Part shown: piece by piece, positions 30,269-39,676 of the stretch
How the letters are laid out: every line of letters starts with the position of its first letter
How positions within the stretch are numbered: position 1 is the first letter of the stretch
DNA from: a bacterium
GTDB lineage: Bacteria; Armatimonadota; UBA5829
DNA: 64,000 nt
Direction: 5' to 3'
Assembly (NCBI GenBank): GCA_021371935.1
Contig: JAJFVF010000009.1
Location: 67,803-131,802, forward strand
Notes under the pieces: generated by a model
Told to the model about the DNA's origin: nothing
Seen by the model: the letters and a program-made list of their open reading frames with translations, nothing else
The model's database searches: none
Made by a program: the position numbers and the translations under genes

Positions 30269-31132
30269 ATGGCACGCAAACCTGCAGTGGCAGGCATGTT
30301 CTATGAAGCTGATGAGCAGGACCTGATCCGAAGTATTGAAAAGTGTTTTGTAAGCAGGTTTGGGCCGGGCAAAATTCCTGAAGTGACGGACAAAAGGATC
30401 GGCCGTCTGCTTGGGCTTGTCTGTCCGCATGCGGGATATATTTATTCCGGCCAGGCAGCCGCACATGCTTATTTTGAGCTTGCGAAAGATGGTCTGCCGG
30501 ATATAGCTATTATTTTGGGACCAAACCACCATGGTTTGGGCGCTGTGGCTGCTGTTGGGACTCAGGCCGAATGGATAACACCTCTTGGATCAATGCAAGT
30601 AGACCTCGAAGTCGCCGGCCAGATCACACGTCTTGCAGAGTTTGCAACATCCGATGACTCAGCACACGTACGTGAGCACTCTGTTGAGGTGCAGCTTCCT
30701 TTTTTGCAATATATAAGCCGTGGTCACAAGAATATCCGCATTGTCCCGATCACTCTTGCCTACCTAAACAAACCCGATGCTCTGCTTTTGACACAGGACC
30801 TGGGGAATGCAATAGCTCAATCGATTAAAGGAAAGAGCGCAGTTATTATTGCAAGTTCCGACTTAACACACTATGAGTCACGTGACAGCGCACGAGCAAA
30901 AGATACTCTGGCAATAGACCATGTCCTGAATTTGGACCCCGAAGGACTTATTGAGACCGTATATGACAGGTCCATCACGATGTGCGGCGTCCTGCCGACA
31001 GCCGTGATGCTGCATGCGTGCAAGGTGCTTGGAGCGACTGGGGCGCGAAAGCTGGCTTACTACAGCTCGGGTGACATTACAGGCGAGGTGGACCAAGTCG
31101 TGGGTTATGGAGCTTTGAGCGTAGAAGCGTAA
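30269..31132 (+). CDS. MEMO1-family protein (AmmeMemoRadiSam system protein B-like).
   Basis: AVAGMFYE..., CPHAGYIYSGQAAAHAY, IILGPNHHG and FLQYISRGHKNIRIVPITL motifs. GGAGG RBS before the ATG at 30269. Confidence 0.7.
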   Translation: MARKPAVAGMFYEADEQDLIRSIEKCFVSRFGPGKIPEVTDKRIGRLLGLVCPHAGYIYSGQAAAHAYFELAKDGLPDIAIILGPNHHGLGAVAAVGTQAEWITPLGSMQVDLEVAGQITRLAEFATSDDSAHVREHSVEVQLPFLQYISRGHKNIRIVPITLAYLNKPDALLLTQDLGNAIAQSIKGKSAVIIASSDLTHYESRDSARAKDTLAIDHVLNLDPEGLIETVYDRSITMCGVLPTAVMLHACKVLGATGARKLAYYSSGDITGEVDQVVGYGALSVEA

Positions 31133-31200
31133 CTTGGAGTTAGCAGCCAAACGTTGATGGTATTCACTCATGAAGAGTGAATTGCTGCAATGCGATTTAA

Positions 31201-31229
31201 TTGACACCTACTACTCCTTTTGATAGACT
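31201..31229 (+). promoter_or_regulatory. Sigma70-like promoter for tRNA-Leu: TTGACA-N17-TAGACT.
   Basis: Seen in sequence. The palindrome ATTCACTC-atgaa-GAGTGAAT sits 19 nt upstream, at 31162-31182. Confidence 0.4.
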
Positions 31230-31242
31230 GACAATATCATAC

Positions 31243-31326
<84 letters not shown>

Positions 31327-31755
31327 CGCTTAAAACAGCCTTCTTGGATAGTATAGGGAGGCTCTTTCTGTGCCTTGACATTATTCGGGGTTGAATAATG
31401 TCAAACAACACCCTCGCTTTTGGGCATAATTGTATTTGGTAAGGAGGATGGCGGTCCCAAGAGGGATCGTTGTTACCCACCAATTTACAGCGACACTAAA
31501 CAAGAAACGCGGGCATGGGTATAGAGCGGCGTAGGTGGTTTATTCGGTAATTCCTCCGCACACCTCATCTGACTAGATAACTCATAAGATCGTAAATACA
31601 CTTACCAAGTCCCGTCAAGAAAGAGAATCCAAGTTTGCATTACAAGCACCCTCCTTGTTGAGAATCAATGTTTATCTACACCCGCAAATTTCGGCGCTTG
31701 AAACAAGATGTTCTAGATAGTTTTGAACCATTACAGGTATTCGCTAATGGACAAA

Positions 31756-31782
31756 CTGATGCTGCTTATTAAGCAGCATCAG
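31756..31782. terminator. Perfect 12 bp-stem hairpin (ctgatgctgctt-att-aagcagcatcag) about 25 nt downstream of the stop of the 1627 aa gene.
   Basis: Seen in sequence. On the minus strand it is followed by UUUGUCC. Confidence 0.5.
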
Positions 31783-31806
31783 TGACACAGCAAAAGTCCT
31801 ATACTA

Positions 31807-34800
31807 TCAATATGGACTCGCATTGAAGAATATCCGCCCAGCGCGTGGCGGGATGATTATGTAGGTGTTTGTTTGTCCGGGTCCGTAAGGAGTGCCAGTA
31901 ACTTCCTCATACACAACTGTGCTGGGATTGTATTGTACAGACGAAGTAGCATCACCATTTGCGACCACTATTCCATTGCTGTAGGTCCGAGTTCGAAGCA
32001 GTGGCTTGCTAGAATCAGGGACCGACCAAAAGTGCCCCGATACTGGTGGTGTAGTCTCAGTTGCATCACCTAGCATATTTGTTACAGAGAGATCAATTGA
32101 TGCCGGAAGGTAATTTGTCTGCAATGCGATTTGCAATGTAGTGTTGGCACTCTGAGCAAGCAAGTAAGAGCATAAGACATAATGACCCCAACAATTCAGG
32201 TCATTTACAAGATCTGAGAGATCCCGGATAGGATCATCAATTCTATCATAACCATCGGCAAGCATGTGCATGTGCTTGGTAGGTAATTGGGGCCGATCAT
32301 TGTTCCAGCGTGCTACAGTTTCCATATCTACTAGGCACTTATCCCAGTAACTATTCATATATTGATTTCTCTGACTCCAATACTGGAAAAAGCCGGCTTC
32401 GTGGTAGTAATGGTCAGGTGTATTGCTCCCACTTGTGTTATTGTTCTCATAGACTGAAGAAGGATAATCACCGTGTGGCTCCCAGAGTGGATTAAAGTAT
32501 ATCAATCCCTGCTCCTTATACTTATCGACTGGAATGGGTGCATCGCTTTCATAGCCCTCTTCAAGGTTCACCCTGCCCATATTCTGAACAGCCGTATAAC
32601 CTGCTTGGCGCAGTGTAGGTATCACGTTGTGAAGAAATGCCTGGTAGTATGAAGGTGGCAACCCGGGATATCCGCCGTCCGCCTGCCGCGTGATCATAGT
32701 GTCAATGAAAACACCGTCGAACTTGAATCGCTCCAGATGGTCGCGCACGTTCGTTGCCCATTCAGACGCATATCCGTCTGCGTCCCCGTTGGCAACATAG
32801 TAGGCACCAAAATCGTCTGTGGCATACCCACTGCCCTCTGGAAATAACCAAGTCGTATAATTATTGTCGAGAACGTACTGAAATCCAATTGGACAGTTGG
32901 AGTACCATGCATCGATTCCGCCGACTCTATGGTCATATACCCCTCCACCTGCCTCGTAACAATAGCATTGGACGCCAGGGTTGCATGCTTTAATTTGGAG
33001 AGCCTGAGTATACTGCGATTCACCAAGCATAATAGCGTCGTAATTAGACGCGAGTTCGTAATTGTTGTAGCTTGATTGATAGAACATCAAGTGGCGATTG
33101 ATGTTCCTATTTTTTGGCGCTGGAATAAGGCACTTCTCGTAGCCCTGCCCGTTGGACCTATTGAATACATATACATAAGCATCGTCCACATAGATGCCTG
33201 GTACAGAGGTTCCGATATCCCCTTGAGTCCGAATTTCAACATATATGTTGACCCAGGTGGCCCCGGACGGGACTTGCGGGTAAACAGGGCTGCCCTGGTT
33301 CGTGTCATATAATTCCACTGCGCTGAAATTGATATCCGGACTCACAACCTTTTGCATGCTTCCACCGGTGCTGTAGTCGACACCGATACTGTAGGTGACA
33401 CAAACACCTGAGAAGTTTGCCATTTTTAGCATGGCGCCAAATGCAAAATAGTCGCCTGTGTGCAAAGCATGAGGTTTGTCGTTGTTAATGGGAACCGTGA
33501 GTCGAATTCGTCCCCAGTTAGTTCCTGACTGAAGATTCTTGAGAGCAAAGTACTGGCAGTTAGTTCCATTGACCCCTACGCCGTCCGCAATATTGTATAT
33601 CGCAGTGTCCACACCTGAGTCGGGGCAGACGTCGTAGCTAGTGTGCCTGGTCCAGCATGGCGCGACCGCGTCATAACTATCGTTCTTTGCCTTGGTGCCA
33701 TATGAATGGTCCGACCATTGCCACGTGGTATCAGCGCTGAATTCGAAGTCTCCCCAGCCACGAATAAGGTCCATATTAACCCATCCGTTGCCTGCGATGG
33801 CGTATGCGTCATTTGACGTAATGCCGTCACTGACACCAACATCGCTCCAAACGCCAGCTCCATTCTTTGCCTTAACATAAAAGTAGTACGTCCAGCCATC
33901 CCGAAGCGATAGGTTGGACAGCGATAGAGATGTGTTGGTTCCTGTAGAAGTCCACGCGATCAAGTAGCCACAGCCAGGATCCAAAGCACTCGTCCCAACA
34001 GCATACTTATACTCTGTTATTCCAGACTGGGAATCATTGGAAGCCCACTCTGCGGCCAATGATGTCAAAGAACTCTGGCAAGCCCCGCCATCCGTCACGA
34101 CAGGCGTGCTGGGCGCTGTGGCGTCGACAATAATTCCATCGCTGACTCCGGCTGTTCCCGTCAAACCCTGACCGTTTTCAGCCTTGACAGATATATAATA
34201 CGCGCTACCTGTAGATAGAGACAGATCGGTCGCGGTAATCTCGATCGTGCTCCCGGAAACCTCTGTCCAATCTCGGGTGTCAGTGCCACCTGAAGTCGTG
34301 CCTATCGCATACCAATAACTGGCTATGCCGGACTCGGCGTCGGTTGCTGCTGTCCAGGTGAAATGTAGTTCGCTGTCAGATGTAGTATAATCCCCATCAT
34401 CCGTCACAACCGGTGTACTAGGATTTGTAGTGTCGGCATACTCGTCGGCACCGATATCGACTTTGTCACCACCGAATACTGTGTCCACCAGTCTCATCTC
34501 GCCATCAATATCAACCCAACCTGAATCGACCTCATCATCTTCGCCTGCATCTATGCAGGGTGAAGTCGACTGAAGATGAAAATTGCCACTTGATGAGTTT
34601 ACAAACAATGGATTCACATTGATGTCTGTGGAATGAGTTGGGTAACCAATGTAGTTGCCATAGCCATGACCGTAAACACAGTTGTGAGAAAGCACTGATG
34701 TCCCAACCATGTCATATATTCCACTGCCGAGATTGTTAGCTATGATGTTGTTGGACAAATATGGAGACCCTGAACACTCAATTGTTCTGTATTCATCCAC

Positions 34801-36690
34801 ACCATTAGAGAATATTGTGTTGTTCGTTAAGCTGGGATCACCTTGACTGGAAGCGCAATATATGACAGTCGTGCCATATTCTTCTCTATAGTCGCCGTAG
34901 TTATTATAGACCAGATTATTGGCGAAGAGAACAGGCCCAACACACGTGATGATCCTGCTGTCATTGCAGTTGTCGCACCCAGTTACCACATTGTGAGAAA
35001 ACGTTACGTCACCGGTCAGGTCAATGTCCGATAGACCCGTAAACTGAAAGCCGTCAATCGTGATATCATAACTGGATGCTGTTGCACTGACAGATCCACT
35101 AGATATAACTGTAAGGTTCGTAACCCAGTCCCTGTCATCAATACTGGTTTCAGTGCCATCAAAACCACCGTATATACGCACACCATCTGGAATCGAAGTG
35201 GAGATCGAATAGCTTGTTCCTGCTGCCACCCATATCTCATAGCCGCTTGAAGCAGCATCAAGTGCCGCATTAACTGTCTCTTTGGCTGTACCCCAGCTTA
35301 AACCGTCGTCCTCGTCGTCACCGTCAGTCTTGACATGAATAATTGCGAACTCATAGGCACCAATATCAACTGTGTCATTACTGGATACATATGGGTCATC
35401 GACTTTCCTATCACCACCATCCATATCGACCCAACCTGTATCGACCTCATCGTCCTCACCTGCGTCTATACACGGAGAGTTTGAACAGAGATGATAGTCC
35501 AAATTAACAGCATCAACAAAGAAAGGATCGGAAGAGATGTTGCCGTTGATTCCTGTCTGGTCGGACAACCCAATGTAATTGGTGCCACTAGGATTGTAAA
35601 CATCATTGTTTGTGCACGTTAGGGTAGAACTGTCACCACAAATACCATAAGAGTTGTATACAATTATATTGTTCGAAAGCTCTACACTTACAACATTCCA
35701 ACAATAGAACGCCGCAGACCAGTAAGGACAGGTGTTGTATGCGATCGTATTATTAACTATCTTGGGAGAGCACGTCTCACAGAAAATCCCTCCGCCCCAA
35801 TCGTCAGAAGAGTTGTTGACAATTGCATTACACGCTACAGTCGCTGTGCAGCCAGTATATGCACAGCGCACACCGGCCCCTTTTCCACCAATGTTGCCTG
35901 ATATCCAGTTGTAAGCTAATAAGCCACCAGAGGATTCTAGCACTACACCGCCATCGTTGTTGCCAGTGATAGAGTTCCATATTACTGTTGGACCATATGA
36001 AAGCGTATATATACCACTACCGCCAATACTGTCTTTGACAGTGTTGTTGGTAACTAGAATGGAAGCAAAAACGAATATTCCTCCACCGAATGTAGCATCA
36101 TTTCCGATAAAGGTATTGTTTGAGACCACAGTTGACGAAGCCGATTGAAAAATGCTCAGCCCACCACCTCTGTGACCAACGTTATCGAGAAATGTGTTGT
36201 TTATGATTGTCATGGAAGAATTATATCTACATATCATCCCTCCTGCTTCATTTTCAGTCTCATTGTATCCGTTCTGAACTGTGAATCCGTCGAACCGGCT
36301 GGTATAACCACTGGGCACGACGATGACTGTCCCGCTATTATTGCCGTCAAGCACAGTGTTATAATCATCATCGTCAGGGTCTTCACGGGGGAAAGTGGGT
36401 CTCTGATTAACACTCGTCTCACTTCCGGCAAAACCGCCGTAAAGCTCGACACCATTCTTAAGTGTGATAGCCTCCTGATAGAACCCGTTCTTGACCCATA
36501 CCTGATCACCACTCGATGCAGCCGTAATAGCTGCTTGCACAGTAGCTTTGGCCAATGCCCAGCTTGTGCCAGCATTATTGTCGTTTCCGCTGGAAGCTGA
36601 AACATAATAAGTCGTTGCCCAAACGGGCTGTGCCAAAAACACCAAAACACATATTGCCATTACTACCAAAACGCGAGACTTGCCTTCCAT
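31807..36690 (-). CDS. Giant secreted multi-domain protein of 1627 aa: two right-handed beta-helix (PbH1/CASH) modules, two Fn3-like domains, and a C-terminal putative glycoside-hydrolase-like (GH114/GHL-type) TIM-barrel domain.
   Basis: Signal peptide MEGKSRVLVVMAICVLVFLAQPVWA. Duplicated blocks end ...DDEVDTGWVDMDGGDRKVD...DIGAYEF and ...DDEVDSGWVDIDGEMRLVD...DIGADEY. The paired Fn3-like domains share the motifs TPVVTD(D/G)G, T..DS.SGI and Y(W/K)YA(I/V)GT. The C-terminal region carries FDGVFIDT. Confidence 0.6.
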   Translation of the reverse strand: MEGKSRVLVVMAICVLVFLAQPVWATTYYVSASSGNDNNAGTSWALAKATVQAAITAASSGDQVWVKNGFYQEAITLKNGVELYGGFAGSETSVNQRPTFPREDPDDDDYNTVLDGNNSGTVIVVPSGYTSRFDGFTVQNGYNETENEAGGMICRYNSSMTIINNTFLDNVGHRGGGLSIFQSASSTVVSNNTFIGNDATFGGGIFVFASILVTNNTVKDSIGGSGIYTLSYGPTVIWNSITGNNDGGVVLESSGGLLAYNWISGNIGGKGAGVRCAYTGCTATVACNAIVNNSSDDWGGGIFCETCSPKIVNNTIAYNTCPYWSAAFYCWNVVSVELSNNIIVYNSYGICGDSSTLTCTNNDVYNPSGTNYIGLSDQTGINGNISSDPFFVDAVNLDYHLCSNSPCIDAGEDDEVDTGWVDMDGGDRKVDDPYVSSNDTVDIGAYEFAIIHVKTDGDDEDDGLSWGTAKETVNAALDAASSGYEIWVAAGTSYSISTSIPDGVRIYGGFDGTETSIDDRDWVTNLTVISSGSVSATASSYDITIDGFQFTGLSDIDLTGDVTFSHNVVTGCDNCNDSRIITCVGPVLFANNLVYNNYGDYREEYGTTVIYCASSQGDPSLTNNTIFSNGVDEYRTIECSGSPYLSNNIIANNLGSGIYDMVGTSVLSHNCVYGHGYGNYIGYPTHSTDINVNPLFVNSSSGNFHLQSTSPCIDAGEDDEVDSGWVDIDGEMRLVDTVFGGDKVDIGADEYADTTNPSTPVVTDDGDYTTSDSELHFTWTAATDAESGIASYWYAIGTTSGGTDTRDWTEVSGSTIEITATDLSLSTGSAYYISVKAENGQGLTGTAGVSDGIIVDATAPSTPVVTDGGACQSSLTSLAAEWASNDSQSGITEYKYAVGTSALDPGCGYLIAWTSTGTNTSLSLSNLSLRDGWTYYFYVKAKNGAGVWSDVGVSDGITSNDAYAIAGNGWVNMDLIRGWGDFEFSADTTWQWSDHSYGTKAKNDSYDAVAPCWTRHTSYDVCPDSGVDTAIYNIADGVGVNGTNCQYFALKNLQSGTNWGRIRLTVPINNDKPHALHTGDYFAFGAMLKMANFSGVCVTYSIGVDYSTGGSMQKVVSPDINFSAVELYDTNQGSPVYPQVPSGATWVNIYVEIRTQGDIGTSVPGIYVDDAYVYVFNRSNGQGYEKCLIPAPKNRNINRHLMFYQSSYNNYELASNYDAIMLGESQYTQALQIKACNPGVQCYCYEAGGGVYDHRVGGIDAWYSNCPIGFQYVLDNNYTTWLFPEGSGYATDDFGAYYVANGDADGYASEWATNVRDHLERFKFDGVFIDTMITRQADGGYPGLPPSYYQAFLHNVIPTLRQAGYTAVQNMGRVNLEEGYESDAPIPVDKYKEQGLIYFNPLWEPHGDYPSSVYENNNTSGSNTPDHYYHEAGFFQYWSQRNQYMNSYWDKCLVDMETVARWNNDRPQLPTKHMHMLADGYDRIDDPIRDLSDLVNDLNCWGHYVLCSYLLAQSANTTLQIALQTNYLPASIDLSVTNMLGDATETTPPVSGHFWSVPDSSKPLLRTRTYSNGIVVANGDATSSVQYNPSTVVYEEVTGTPYGPGQTNTYIIIPPRAGRIFFNASPY

Positions 36691-37118
36691 GAATTGCCTC
36701 CCTAGTAGTTAACCATGACAGTAATGCATATACTGGCGCGTTATTCTCAGCTGCATAACCACCTCCATTTGTGCGCAGCAAGCATCATTATACATAGTCT
36801 TATTGAAAACTAGCTCATGAATAAGAGATTGTCAACGATATAACGATTAATTGTTTAACTGTTGGGGGACATAATGTGCGCAAGACGTGATTGACATTTT
36901 GACAATTACGGGGAGTCAGTTTATACAAAGACACCTCAGTAATTCACCCAGATGCACTTCACCCTTTTCTGCTTCTCTCCCATCCCTCCTCGCCCACCAG
37001 GGCAATTCCAGTTTTTTGCAATAGACAATCAGCTAAGCAACTTACATGTCTCGGTCTTGATTCCGTATATTATCTAGCCCGAGTTATGCGCTTTTCGCAT
37101 AATCAGGGTCTCCGAGAG

Positions 37119-37145
37119 CATTATTCACGATCTTCGTGAATAATG
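37119..37145. promoter_or_regulatory. 12-3-12 perfect palindrome CATTATTCACGA-tct-TCGTGAATAATG inside a roughly 65 bp element that recurs at 55889-55952.
   Basis: Seen in sequence; preceded by a CATAAT -10-like box. Confidence 0.35.
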
Positions 37146-37231
37146 TGGGCTAGTAGAGTGAGTGCATCCACCTCCAGTAATGCAGAAATTCCACTAAATA
37201 AAGACTACGTTTCACGTCTGGTTTTTCATTG

Positions 37232-37261
37232 TTTGACCACGTAGGCGCCGATTGCGTATAA
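37232..37261 (+). promoter_or_regulatory. Sigma70-like promoter upstream of ftsK: TTGACC-N18-TATAAT.
   Basis: Seen in sequence. Confidence 0.4.
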
Positions 37262-37322
37262 TACTTTGGGTTTTAAGCGGCGCTAATGCTGCATTAAAGA
37301 CACCGGAAAGGCACACTATACA

Positions 37323-39668
37323 GTGCGTAAAACACGATCCACCGCGTCGCGCAGGCGGACAACCAAACGATCCACCACCAGAAAAACGGCCAGGAGAAGA
37401 AGCAACCCCATAGTAGTATTCGAGGTATTCGGGTTTGCTTTGATAGCGCTCGGCATCGCCATGCTCATAGCCCTGTGCACACCAAATTCCAGTGGGATCT
37501 TCGGGCGATATATAACCGCCACTTTGCGTGTCACAGTCGGCATCGGCGCATATCTCATACCGTTTCTGCTTGCGCTTTTGGGAGCAATGCTCATAGCGGG
37601 TCCGCTTGATCTCATACCAAGAAATATAAGCATCGGCAGCATCATGGGATTCTTGGTGATCGTAGTTTGGTCATCACTTAATGCAGCCATAGCAAGGGAC
37701 ACTCAAGCGCTGGGCGGCGGATACCTGGGCGATGTTTTGGCCTTTGTGCTGCGTAAGTTCACGGGAGACTTAATCAGCTATATAGTGCTGGTCTTTGGTG
37801 CTTTGGCGGCGGCGATGTTCATTGTAGATATTCCACTCGCCAACCTGCTCGAAAAGCTGCAGAATGCATATTTGGACTATAAAGAAGCCGCAGCCGAGCG
37901 AGCAGCCGCCAAAAAGCCTGTAAAGGTAAACGGCAAGGATGCCGAGATTGTTACCGAGAGCCGGAAGAGAACACTTGCCGGTATTTTCGGCAAGGGCAGT
38001 GATGCTGCAGCTCCAGATGCAGCGGTTTCTGAACCTGAGCATGTTCCGGTCAAGATCAATGGCTCACTGTTCAATCAGGAACGTTCTACCAAAAATGGCA
38101 GTTCACACAAGCCCGCGCCTGCGCAAGTGCCTGATCAGGTCGAATATGGTGAGTTTCAACTGCCTCCGACCACTCTATTGGTAGAGCCGCCACCTCCTCC
38201 ACCAAGGGTCGAAAGTGAGCTTAAAGCGAACATAGAGATTATTGAGCGTACACTCGAGGAGTTCAAGGTGCAGGCAAATGTTGTCGAGATCGCATGCGGG
38301 CCGACTGTCGCCCGATACGAAATTCGCCTTGCGCCTGGTATAAAAGTAAACAAGATTGTTGGTCTTGCTGATAACCTGGCTATGCAGCTTGCGGCAATCG
38401 ACGTGCGTGTCGAGGCTCCTATTCCGGGCAAAGCCGCCATAGGCGTCGAGGTCCCGAACAAGAATAGGGGCATGGTCGTGCTCCGAGACATTGTCGAGAG
38501 CAAGGTATTCCGAGATGCTCCGGGCAAACTTACTTTTGCTCTGGGTAAAGATGTCGCAGGTCATGCGAGGGTAGCCGACCTGACCAGGATGCCGCATATG
38601 CTCATCGGCGGTGCGACCAATGCCGGCAAGAGTGTTGGCTTGAGCACAATGATTGCGAGCCTGCTCTTCAGAGCCACGCCTGACGAGCTGAAGTTTGTCC
38701 TTATAGACCCGAAGCGGGTTGAACTGAGTCTCTTTGACGGCATTCCTCACCTTGCCTGCCCGGTCGTAAAGGATGTGAAACAGGCAGCCGGAATATTCAG
38801 GGCAGTGGTGCAGGAGATGGAGCGGCGTTATGAGCTTTTCTCCCGAAACGGATCTCGCAATATCGAGTCATACAACGAGAAGATGAGTGCGGAAGAGCGC
38901 TTGCCGTTCATGATCGTAGTAGTCGATGAACTTGCCGATCTGATGATGCAGGCCGCGGCGGAGGTAGAGGGTTCGATCACACGAATCGCACAGCTCGCCC
39001 GCGCTACTGGTATCCACCTGGTGATCGCGACACAGCGCCCCTCGGTTGACGTCATTACGGGCATCATCAAGGCAAATATTTCGTCAAGGGTTGCATTTGC
39101 AGTATCGAGTCATCATGACAGCCGCACGATCCTGGATCAAAAGGGCGCAGAGAGACTGATCGGGCGCGGCGACATGCTGTTTTTGCCGATAGATGCATCC
39201 AAGCCGACCAGAATCCAGGGCTGTTTTGTCTCGGACAAGGAGATCAATACTCTCTGCAAGTTCCTCAAGGATCAGCGCAAACCGAATTACACGCTGCAGC
39301 CTGCCATGGGGCCGTCGGGCACAGGTGGCAGCGGAGGCGGTGAGGATGACTCGTTCAGCGATGAGTTCTTTGAGCCGTCCGTGAGGTTCATAGTCAACAC
39401 GGGCTATTGCTCGACATCCATGCTCCAGCGCAAGTTCAAGATTGGTTATACGCGTGCGGCAAGGATAGTCGATGTGATGGAGCAGCAGGGTATAGTCGGC
39501 CCTCTCGATGGAGCCAAACCGCGCCAGGTGCTTATCACCAAGGCTGATCTCGAATCTATTCTTGGTGGACCGATAGGCATGCGCAGTGATGACATATCTG
39601 AAGGCGACGAGTATGACGAGGATGTGCCTTCTGCAGAGATAATTGAGCCGGACGAGGAAGAAGACTGA
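37323..39668 (+). CDS. ftsK: DNA translocase FtsK/SpoIIIE. It has an N-terminal membrane domain, a Pro-rich linker, an AAA+ motor and a gamma winged helix.
   Basis: Walker A GGATNAGKSVGLSTMI; Walker B VVVDELADLMM; C-terminal gamma domain ...MLQRKFKIGYTRAARIVDVMEQQGIVGP; GTG start. Confidence 0.85.
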   Translation: MRKTRSTASRRRTTKRSTTRKTARRRSNPIVVFEVFGFALIALGIAMLIALCTPNSSGIFGRYITATLRVTVGIGAYLIPFLLALLGAMLIAGPLDLIPRNISIGSIMGFLVIVVWSSLNAAIARDTQALGGGYLGDVLAFVLRKFTGDLISYIVLVFGALAAAMFIVDIPLANLLEKLQNAYLDYKEAAAERAAAKKPVKVNGKDAEIVTESRKRTLAGIFGKGSDAAAPDAAVSEPEHVPVKINGSLFNQERSTKNGSSHKPAPAQVPDQVEYGEFQLPPTTLLVEPPPPPPRVESELKANIEIIERTLEEFKVQANVVEIACGPTVARYEIRLAPGIKVNKIVGLADNLAMQLAAIDVRVEAPIPGKAAIGVEVPNKNRGMVVLRDIVESKVFRDAPGKLTFALGKDVAGHARVADLTRMPHMLIGGATNAGKSVGLSTMIASLLFRATPDELKFVLIDPKRVELSLFDGIPHLACPVVKDVKQAAGIFRAVVQEMERRYELFSRNGSRNIESYNEKMSAEERLPFMIVVVDELADLMMQAAAEVEGSITRIAQLARATGIHLVIATQRPSVDVITGIIKANISSRVAFAVSSHHDSRTILDQKGAERLIGRGDMLFLPIDASKPTRIQGCFVSDKEINTLCKFLKDQRKPNYTLQPAMGPSGTGGSGGGEDDSFSDEFFEPSVRFIVNTGYCSTSMLQRKFKIGYTRAARIVDVMEQQGIVGPLDGAKPRQVLITKADLESILGGPIGMRSDDISEGDEYDEDVPSAEIIEPDEEED

Positions 39669-39676
39669 GGAAGTAA

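Noticed and set aside
31327-31806. 480 nt non-coding stretch after tRNA-Leu, including a 29-codon ORF directly abutting an AAGGAGG sequence.
   Set aside because: The RBS-to-ATG spacing is zero, the ORF is tiny and unconserved-looking, and no ncRNA family could be recognised by eye. It is left unannotated apart from the palindromes and the terminator.
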